Below are positions 34,118-43,282 of a stretch of 43,282 nucleotides of DNA, piece after piece. The stretch is from Psammoneis japonica (taxonomy: Eukaryota), in assembly GCA_008632985.1 (NCBI GenBank), contig QPGO01000229.1, positions 62,001 to 105,282 of the forward strand, written 5' to 3'. Every line of letters begins with the position of its first letter. The first letter of the stretch is position 1. A model generated the notes under the pieces. That model made no database searches, had not been told where the DNA came from, and saw nothing but the letters and a program-made list of their open reading frames with translations. The position numbers and the translations under genes were made by a program.

Positions 34118-34399
34118 GCTGTCGTCAAGTTTAAGGATGGATCGTTGTTTTGTGCCTGGGAACGTCGTCGGCCGCCTCCCATCTCCCATCGCTACTGTAT
34201 GGAACTTTCTGTCGTCTTCGGTTCCCTTCTGCCGCCCGGGCGGCGGTGCCGATTTTGAAATCAATGAAATATTAGATTTATATAGTTTTGAAAACAAAGA
34301 TAAGATTTTGCGTCTGTCCTCCTGTCGAAGATTTCACCCCTGCGCGAAGACGTCGCGCACCCAGCATTTGGTCGCGTCTGCTGATGTCAAGCCTTTCAG

Positions 34400-35950
34400 G
34401 CACGAAGAGCCATGGCCGCCATCCAACCAAGCACCAGCGTTTCACCACGACTCACGTAGATTCTCCGAGGATTCTGGCACACACGCAATCCGAGGCGGAA
34501 ATCAGTTCAGCTGATTCAAGTCCAGATGGTTGTTTGCTCTCAATTTTTTGGCTGGCGACTCAAACATCAAGCGCAGGCAAGTGCATTGCTTGTGTTTCTC
34601 TCTTGACCATGAGCTCAACAGACACTGTTTAGAGACAAGTGAACACAGGGTGAGTGTGTTGTTGAAATGACCGTGTTGTTTCTTTTGCTTTTTCCATGCC
34701 ACGCTTCTTCATCTCTGCTCTCCTCGCCACTCTCTTGTTGCTTTCTGACGCGTTCCAGCTCTGCCAGCTGCCAGGTGGGACCTCGCACTGCTGCGCTGTG
34801 ACATCAACAGTTTTTTGGATCACATCGCATGTCGCGCATGCACATTTCTGTGTGTTGCATTCTACGAAATTGTTTCATGCTCCCTGTTTTGCGAAGCCAA
34901 AGGCTTTCCATTTTCAACAGTTGTGAGAATGAAAATGCACTGGGTGTGTTCTTCAATGTCTGTAGAGTGTGCCCGGGCAAACTGTTGTTGATGTGCTCCA
35001 AGTGTGAAGGAGGAGATGCATTCATAAAATTGCCTCTTTTTCTGCTGGTGAGATCATTCACATTTTCATTGCAGTGCAAATTCACTGCGGAGCTCGCACG
35101 TGGAATTCTGCGGGCCCAATGTCACACGGAGTCCCACCTGGGACTGGAACCCGTCTTCTTTCACATTGACAGCATTGAGGTTTTGCACCAGCTGTGTTTG
35201 GGAAGAAGTCAAAACTGTTTTTCAAGACAGGTGGAAGAGAAAGATTGTGTTCAGGCCTGCAAGGGACATGCAAACATGTTCAGAGAAGATGGAAGCCATT
35301 TGGGAAGCTGGCTTTGTTGCTTTCACACCCAGTGCTTCAGACTTGCATCAGGAATGTGCAAGCAAGTTGATGCTGTTTTGGAAGCCTGCTGTCATGGAAT
35401 GCAGCCAAGACTGTTTGTCAAGATTGGTGGAAAAGAAGGGTTGAATTCAGGACCACATGTGATGCATGAATGTGCCCAGGCACAATTGAAGCCGGCTCAA
35501 AAGAAGTTGGTTTTGTTGTTTTGCCAGCAGAAGAGAAATTGACAACTCAGGCTCACATTGGGAATGTGCAAGTTGATGTCATTTTGGAAGCCAACATCAA
35601 CACCAGCAAAGCAAAAAGACAAACCAGCCAATGCACTGCACAGTTTGGAAACATCTGTGTCATCTCTTTGTTTTGCACATGCAAAAACTCACATGTCCAC
35701 ACCGTAGCAGCCATGGTGCGGGAACTGCTTTTGCCATGGATGCATTGTGAAACAGCATGCCACACAGTCCAACTGCTCTGCCTGCACTGGCCTGGCAACT
35801 CAAAAAAATGGAAGATTGTTTGTGGCTCTGCTTGCAGCACAACAAAGGTTGTGGTGTCAATTTCTGGATGAAACTAGATGTCACACAAATGACCATAGGA
35901 ATTCTTTCTCGATCTTTCTTAACAACTCTGGCAATCCACTTTCATGCACA
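34400..35950. mobile_element. ~1.5-kb decayed TpA/CpG-depleted insert, probable transposon remnant of unknown family
   Basis: Same compositional signature as 13.3-22.3 kb; lies between OTU1 and the Deg protease; no recognisable domain or ends. Confidence 0.5.
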
Positions 35951-36406
35951 CCTGTCACAATGTCATAACCTCCAATTAACTCGCCATTGACGTAGGGTTG
36001 TGGAATGGTCGCCGCGGGGGGCCACTTGCCGCTTTCGAGGGACTGCTTCTAAACACGCTGACGATTCTCCAGTTGAAAACGGGCAAGTAGACTCAAGGGG
36101 GTAGAGAGACTCTCGTTTTCACGGGTAAGCGTTAACTCCCCGAAAAAGCAAGTCGCAGCCGCTGAACGCGGGACGCTGTGCTGGCCCAAGAATTGTTTTT
36201 CATTTTTAAAAGATGGGCTACAGTGTGCGTTTACTGATTCGAAAGATGGCATACCGGTCCAAGCAGAGACGAGGACCGACTGCTAACGACCTGTTCTTCT
36301 CTTTCTTAACACCAAAACTCAAACCAGCTTAAACCCCACATTTCCCTTTATTTAAAAGCAACCGTTGTCGCCAACTTTTCTTTCAATGTTGTTCATCACA
36401 GCCTTT

Positions 36407-38127
36407 TCATTCCTCTCTCGATGATTCTGCATGTCCTTCCTTAAATAAGCTAGGGCTTATCGTATTACTGATGGCATGGGCGCTGCAAATCTCGGCATTC
36501 GCTGAAGCTATCTTGCTCCTTTGTAGCACAATGTCAGGAAGCTTTTGTCTTTTCGGTGAGTTGTTATTCAGTTCAGGTGGCCTCCGAAAGCAAATAAGAA
36601 CAAAGTCGCTCTCGCTCTTCTCTTTCTGCTCGTTGTTTTCCAAGGATTTAGCCACGGTGGCAAGATGCTGCAGGTTTGTGATTTTGACACCATTGACAGT
36701 CTCGAGCAGTTCGTCATCGATGTCATAGCCAATATTGATATCGTGCCTCAGAATGTTGACAAGCACAACCGGTTCCTGCGTCGGGTCTTTCTTGTACTTG
36801 TCGAGACACATGTAACACGGATATGTCCTAATTTTGGCAGCTAACGGGACAGACGCTCGGGAGAAAACGAGCCCACCAATCAAAACGTACTCGGGAACGA
36901 CATCAAAACCATGGAAACGAGGTGCCAATGGAGGTATGGGCGCCATGTTTACCGATAGACTCACGGTCTGCAGCTTTCCATTTTCGTCCTTTCGCAAGAG
37001 AGTGAACGTTGTCTTTCTCCTTTTGCTTTGCATGTAACAATAGCTCCAATATCAACATAAACACTCTGACCACTGATTGTCCTTGACACCTTGCCTTCGT
37101 TTGAAATGCAATGTGAGTCAATCTTAGTCAGAACGTCCCCCTCTTTGATTCCCTTTTCTTTCAAAGCACCGAGTGGTGCAACCTCTTCCACAATTACTCC
37201 GGTCGTAGTCTCGTCCATACCAAGATATGAGCGGTACGCATCCGACTCAAGCAAGCTATACGAAAGACCAAGTTCGCACACACCGGTCCACTTGCCCGTA
37301 TCCAGCACCTCGTTGAGAAAAAGGTGAACGATCGAAACCGGAATAACATATCCGATATTCTGTCCAGTGTCCATCCCAGATGACGCAACACCGATCACTC
37401 TCCCCTCCTTGTCGACCGCCGGTCCTCCACTGTTGCCGGGGTTGATAGCACTGTCAACCTGAAGAATAAAGACAGGACCCGGAGAGTTCTTCGAATCTTC
37501 AATAACACCCTCAATCGCAGGATGAGCATAAAGCTGCGCATCAAACCGTGATATCACTCCTTTTGTCACACACAGAGTGCTACCACCAGCAGGGAATCCA
37601 ATCGCATTCACCTCCGAGTATAACTCGACTGCGAGACTTGGAGGAGCTAGATCGGCCGTAACAGCCTCGGTCCAGAACTCATCATCATCCACCTCCACAA
37701 TTGCCAAATCAAGGTCTGGAGAAATAGTTGGAGCATGCGCACGCCACTTTTTCGGGTGGTCTTGACGCTGAACTTGAAGCACCGTGGCATTCTGGACGCA
37801 ATGAGCGTTCGTGACGATCCGTTTCTTGTCAATGCAAAAGCCAGAACCGGTCCAAGTCTCTTGGGCACTCACGGTCCACGGAGACGTGTAATCTGGTTTG
37901 ACGCCAGTGACGTAGAGCTGAACGACGCTTCCGACTGGAAGAGACACATCGTCATCAAGCTGGTCGATGAGATGTTCCACAGACACGTCCCGTTGAAGTC
38001 TCGGTCGTTGGTAATACGACCCACTCGTGGCAGCCTGAAGACTGGAGAAGGACAGTTCAAAATCTTGCTCAGCCGATTGAGAGCGTTCTGGGATTGGAGG
38101 AGGCGGTGGCATGGAACGGCCAGCCAT
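36407..38127 (-). CDS. Deg/HtrA serine protease with PDZ domains (plant DEG2/9/10 type); one apparent 1-nt deletion near 37015
   Basis: TGSGF, TNAHCV, DLAIV, AINPGNSGGP, PDZ, then PEYVLIGGLVF...HDINIGY in the next frame (KAKGE/KTTFTLLR). Confidence 0.9.
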
Positions 38128-39057
38128 TGTTTACGTTCGTTTTAAAAGACGGAGTTGAAAGTGGTGAGCGATGGGAAAGGAATACGGGGCCGAGGCACGA
38201 ACGCGACGTCGAACAACTCAGTCGATCGAATCTTTGAAGACGACTTTGAGACTGGAGACAAAAAATTTCTTGGATCTTGTCCCCGAACGAAAAATTGAAA
38301 TTTCGGTGTTCGCAGTGTCACGCGAGCGCCGCGTCAGCACCCTACAGGACTCCCACTGCTCGAGTGGGGGTGGGCCTAAGTAATTCTAAAAACCGTTAAC
38401 GGCCGTTACTATGTAATTTGGTAGTATTTTGGTACTCTATATATGAGGCATTTATGTAGAAATTACGTACGTACAATTAATACTACGAATTGCAAGACAA
38501 TTGCGCGATTCACGTGCCCGAAGGGTGATTGTTGAAATTCGAGCTTCGCGCACGTAGAGCCTGTAGAAAATGTATGAGGCTACGACTAGCATAAACGTAC
38601 CTGTTATACCGTTCAGACATTTTGTATTGGATTTTATGTACCCCTTTATTTAATGATAACGGTTCCTGCCAAAACAAATAGCAGTTTTTACATGTGTTAC
38701 ATATACAAATGTCTCACAAAAGTCAATACTTTTCAACTACTGTATTTAATGATTTGAAGATGTTCACATTCAACCGTCGATACTCCGTTTGTCAACTCCG
38801 TCTTTGAATACTACTTCATATATGCTCGAATGTTTGATTAAATGGCGTGGCGGGCGTGGGCATGACCTTCATTTGAATTCGTACTTAGGAAGAGTCATTC
38901 TATATATTGCCTCAGCATTTTGTTCGTTAAGTGCGTAGAACAGTACAAATCTTACACAAAAAGTCATATGCAGTCATTCAACATTCTTTTATATACGTCA
39001 TTAATAAATTATACTAATCTTTTTTATATGTCAATGATTATACCATATTGCATTTTA

Positions 39058-39265
39058 TGCCAGTCGTAGCCCCATACCAGCCAGCCCGAAGTGCAGTGTC
39101 TCGCACCTTATTTTTCTGATATATAGTATTAATGAACCTATTAGATATAACGGAAGCCGTTGTAACGGGCTTCGCTGAAAGCGACCCTCGTTACCTCGGT
39201 CTTTCGCTCACAATTTTGTTATCACTGAAGTCTTTATCTCGTTAAACCTTGCACTGTAATTACAG
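39058..39265 (+). repeat. Putative 5' LTR (boundaries uncertain)
   Basis: Starts with TG after AT-rich flank, contains TATATA, lies just upstream of the element ORFs. The second LTR is outside the window. Confidence 0.35.
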
Positions 39266-39282
39266 TCGATTCAAAGAACTGG

Positions 39283-39498
39283 ATGGAGACTAGGAATAAT
39301 ACAAACAAATTGACTAAACGTGAGAAAAGAGAACTGCGCGCAAGAGCAGCAGTTTGGGCTGTTGAGCACCAGAAACAAGTGCAACAACGCAAACGACACG
39401 AACAGAATTTGGCGAGCCGAGTGCATCATTTGGAGTCAAAGGTAGAGTCCCTGGAGAGGACCATTGAACAATTGCATTCCCTTTTTCATGATGAGTGA
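39283..39498 (+). CDS. Small coiled-coil ORF upstream of and overlapping the gag start
   Basis: 71 aa, ATG start, amphipathic LASRVHHLESKVESLERTIEQL. The stop lies within ATGATGAGTGA at the gag start. Confidence 0.45.
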   Translation: METRNNTNKLTKREKRELRARAAVWAVEHQKQVQQRKRHEQNLASRVHHLESKVESLERTIEQLHSLFHDE

Positions 39499-40330
39499 AT
39501 CGTTGAAGGAGCCTTGCATTGGCTGTGAAGCCAAATTTGAGCATTCTGACTTGGAGGAAGTGAAATTGACCCAATCGCATGATGACGGTAGCACTCGTAC
39601 AAAAAAGTGTCCGCGTTTTGATGGCACTCATGGCATTGAAGCATTGTTATTCGTTGAGGATCGTTTTCGTAAAATTGCTGTGAAATTGGAGCACACCACT
39701 GGCGAGGAATTGTTCGAAAATTTCGAGGAAGTGCTTGCGGACACTGCAGAGGACAAGTGGGCGAACTTGACCAATGCAATTGACGATGCCGATAAAACTG
39801 TCGAGCGTTTTGATCAGGAAATCAATCGTTTTTACTTGTCTCATTGTGACAATGAAGCGCGTGATGCAATGATTGAATGTTTGCTGGCTTTGAAAAAACC
39901 ATTCAAATCTGAAGTGCAGGCGCGTGCAGATCGCATGGAAACCTTGATTCGGCACTCCAACAAACTTCCAGGCAATGCTCCTCAAGTCAACGAAGCTCAG
40001 AAGAAAAAGATGACATTCGATGGCTTTCCTCGTCCGTGGCGTGAGATGCATGCTCGAGCAGGACGAGCGATGGCGAACGATGCTCTCGCTGAGATCATTG
40101 GTCACACGAACAACGAGAAATCTTTTGCTGACAAGAGCAGCAACAAAAAGCAGGACAAGAAGAGGAAAAGCAACAGTGCTTCGTCTCAAGCTTCAAGATG
40201 CTCTCGTGGCAACAGTGGTAGAACGGATCTAGAATCTAGATGCCCGGTGCATGCAAATCATGACCACAAGTGGAAGGATTGCATTTTGAATCCAGAAAGC
40301 CAAAACCTGTGCCAACCCCTAAAACTGTGA
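39488..40330 (+). pseudogene. gag: Gypsy gag (hypermutated)
   Basis: FDGTHGIEALL...LFENFEEVL...W, basic region, CPVHANHDHKWKDC zinc knuckle. Confidence 0.85.
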
Positions 40331-43282
40331 CTCCCAAACCATTGAATGTGGTGCCAACGACGTTGATGGCGGCGCGCACCATTCAAAATCAAGAGAGCAA
40401 GCGAGTGTCGCGAGTGCTGTTGGATTCAGGAGGTGCCAACACTCTCATTCATTCTCGAGTTTTGCCGAAGGGAGCGAATCCAACCATGAACGATGAAGGA
40501 CGGTTGAGCTTTCAGACGGCAGCCGGACGACATGAATCCTCCCGATGCGTTGTTATGAAGGACTTGACATTGCCAGAATTTGACAAGTCAAAACAAGTCG
40601 ACAGTGTTGCGGCTCAAGTTTTTGATGCCCCATGCAAGTGTGATTTAATTTTGGGACAAGACTTTTTGTCGAAAGCCGGAATCGTGCTTGATTTTCGATT
40701 TGGAACAATGAAGTGGTTGGAAACGTCGATCCCAATGAAGCAATCCAATCATTGGAACTCAGTTCAGAATTGGTTGGATGCACTGGAAGACGACGGAGAG
40801 GATGAAGACGATGAGGGAGCCTTCGGACAATCTTTTATGATGGACGCCAAATGCGAGAAAGCGTCATCCGCGAAAGTGGCGCAAGCTCAAACTCACTTGA
40901 CTCAAGAGCAACGTGATGAGCTACAAGCAGTGCTTGAAAAGCATGAAACCCTCTTTGATGGAACGCTTGGCAAAATGTCCACATGAGACTGTTCACTTGG
41001 AAGTTGATCCCAACACTGTTCCCTTCCATTCTAAGGCTTGCGAAGTGTCCAAGAGGGATGAAGCCGTTTTTAAGAAAGAACTACAACATCTGTGTAACAT
41101 TGGCGCACTGGAACCAGTGGGACCAACTGAATGGGCAGCCGGAACTTTTGCAACTCCCAAAAAGGATGGACGAGTTCGATGGGCATCCGATTTTCGAGAG
41201 TTGAACAAGGCACTCAAACGAAAGGTCTGTCCTCTGCCGATTGTTCAAGACGTCATTCACCGACGCTCGGGATGCAAGCACTTGACCAAGTTGGACCTCA
41301 CTGTGTTTTATTGTCACATCGAGCTTGACGAAGAATCCAAGGATTTGTGTGCCATTGTTGCTCCGTTTGGAAAATTTCGACATTGTCGATTGGCCATGGG
41401 TTTGAAAACCTCTCCGATATTGCTCAAGCCATCATTGAAAAAGTGGCAAAAGGAGTCAATGTTGAAACTTACATTGATGACATTGCTCAATTTGATGATT
41501 CGTTTGATGCTCACATGCGTCGACTCGATGAGCTGTCATCCAGACTAGAAGAGAACAATCAAAAATTAACCCACTCAAGTGCGAATGGTGTGTCCAAGAG
41601 ACGGATTTTTTAGGCCATTGGCTCATGCCTGCAGGAGTCCGACCGTGGAAGAAGAAAGTGGAAGCGGTGCTGCAAATGCAACCACCAAAAACTGTGACGC
41701 AACTACGATCGTTTGTTGGTGCGGTGACTCATTGCCGCAACATGTGGCCTCGTCGTTCACACGTGCTCGCTCCACTCACGAAGTTAACAGGCAAGAGCAA
41801 GTTGGAATGGACCCCTGAATGTCAACGAGCCTTTGAAGATGTGAAAACCTAATGCTGGACGACACCCTTTGGGTCTACCCGAATCACAACAAGCCATTCC
41901 ACATTCATGCTGACTCTTCGGACTGTCAGATGGGAGCCGCAATTGTGCAAGACGGGAAACCAGTGGCTTGCTGGTCCCGAAAACTCAGTGCAGCACAACA
42001 GAACTACTCTACGATTGAAAAAGAATTGTTGGCGGTGGTGATGTGTTTCAAAGAATTTTGAAGCATGTTGTTTGGAGCTGACTGTCACTGTTTTTACGGA
42101 TCATAAAAATCTCACCTTTCGTGTGCTCAATTCTCAACGAGTTCTTAGGTGGCGACTCTTCTTGGAAGATTTTGCCCCAACTTTTGAATGCGTTGATGGC
42201 AAAGACAATCTCTTGGCGGATTGTTTTTCAAGATTGCCACGCACGGACCCTCCTGCGGAAGGGAAGTGTGCTCCTGACAAGGGCAAACTGATTGATTTTA
42301 AAACCATCGACCCTGCCATGCTGCCGCATGAAGAAGAGCTGGACGACCAAAACAGTGTGTCTCATTTTTCCCATCGTCGTGAAGAACCATCTCCATTTTA
42401 CTCTTCCGTCGTGGACGACCCCGAATTGTGTGAATCATTTTTGAACTGTCCTTCTCTCGAGGAAATGCAAAACCCTACAACCATGCAACGAATTCAAGAA
42501 TGCCAATTCATCGACGTGGAGCTGAACAACATGCGACAACAATGTCCAGAACGCTTCATGGTGGAACATGTGAATCAGCGTCCTGTAATTTGTCATCGTG
42601 CTCGACCGAATGATCCTCCGACTGCATGGAAAATTTGTGTTCCAACGGCGTTGCTGCATGATGTCATGCAATGGCATCACAGAATTTTGGGACATGCAGG
42701 AGTGCACCGAATGCATTCCACTGTTGGCGCACATTTCTGTCATCCTGCCCTTCGTCAATCTTGTGAAAGATTTCATTGTGCCAATTGTCAACGTTTGAAA
42801 ACTTTGGGCCCTGGATGTGGGGACCTGCCTGAACGGGAAGCGCCTTCATTGCCATGGACAGAAGTTGCGGTTGACCTCATCGGTCCCTGGAAAATTGAAA
42901 TTCAAAACCATGAAATCGAGTTCAACGCTTTGACTTGCATTGATGCCGTTTGAATGTGACTGAACTCATTCGCATCGACAACAAAACCTCATCTCACATT
43001 GCTCAACAATTTGAAAATTGTTGGTTGTCTCGTCATCCTCGTCCAAACCGGTGCATCCATGACAATGGTGGAGAATTCATTGGAGAGGACTTTCAATTGT
43101 CATTGCAATGAGCAGGAGTGGAAGACGCTCCAACTACGTCGCGCAACCCACAAGCCAATGCGGCATGCGAGCGCATGCATCAAACTGTTGGAAATGTCTT
43201 ACGCACTTTGCTTCATGTTTGTCCTCCACAGAATGTTGAGCAGGCTAATCAACCAGTGGACAATGCATTGGCAACCGCCATG
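40270..43282 (+). pseudogene. pol: Gypsy pol (PR-RT-RH-IN) with frameshifts, stops and systematic Tyr->Cys/His changes
   Basis: [68 protein letters not shown]...C..C; VAVDLIGPW; IHDNGGEF; NPQANAACERMH. Confidence 0.95.

Larger units (their letters stand above)
39058..43282 (+). mobile_element. Ty3/Gypsy LTR retrotransposon, hypermutated, continuing past the window end
   Basis: gag, protease (LLDSG), RT (YIDD), RNase H and integrase in Gypsy order. The 5' boundary is inferred from the change at TGCCAGTCGTAGCCCC. Confidence 0.95.

Noticed and set aside
34410..36015. Terminal inverted repeats around the 1.5-kb island (GGCCGCCATCCAACC versus GGTTGTGGAATGGTCGCC)
   Set aside because: The match needs several gaps and mismatches and there is no target-site duplication.
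37005..37025. Programmed frameshift or split gene in the Deg protease
   Set aside because: One missing base in a short homopolymer; similar deletions occur in other genes in the window, so a sequencing error is more likely.
38380..39057. AT-rich stretch as a MITE or regulatory element
   Set aside because: No terminal repeats or target-site duplication found by eye; treated as intergenic DNA.
39488..43282. Alternative genetic code or RNA editing as the cause of Tyr->Cys/His
   Set aside because: Host genes use TAY normally, non-Tyr codons and codon junctions change too, and both TA->TG and TA->CA occur, which points to DNA mutation.

Overview
Eukaryotic nuclear DNA, most likely a diatom (short GT-AG introns, bipartite signal plus ASAF-type plastid-targeting N-termini, PAM68). 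About 13 host genes are present: a parvulin PPIase, PAM68, a frameshifted metallo-beta-lactamase-fold gene, a ubiquitin-binding/ART-like protein, a rhomboid-like protein, an SLC25A44-like carrier, an FG-GAP-like surface protein, a NIPA-like transporter, a GLUG protein, OTU1, a Deg protease and three unknowns. They surround three anomalous blocks: ~9.9-22.9 kb (decayed RT + restriction-like-endonuclease non-LTR retrotransposon plus ~9 kb of unidentified decayed DNA), ~34.4-35.95 kb, and a Ty3/Gypsy element from ~39.06 kb to the window end. The main observation is that these blocks have lost almost all TpA dinucleotides. The Gypsy pol motifs show the direction: TA->TG and TA->CA, turning conserved Tyr into Cys or His, Thr into Ala and Val into Ala. 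Neighbouring genes are untouched. This looks like a repeat-targeted, double-stranded A:T->G:C hypermutation process, opposite in direction to fungal RIP and partly separable from CpG decay. All counts and homologies were judged by eye; no searches were run.
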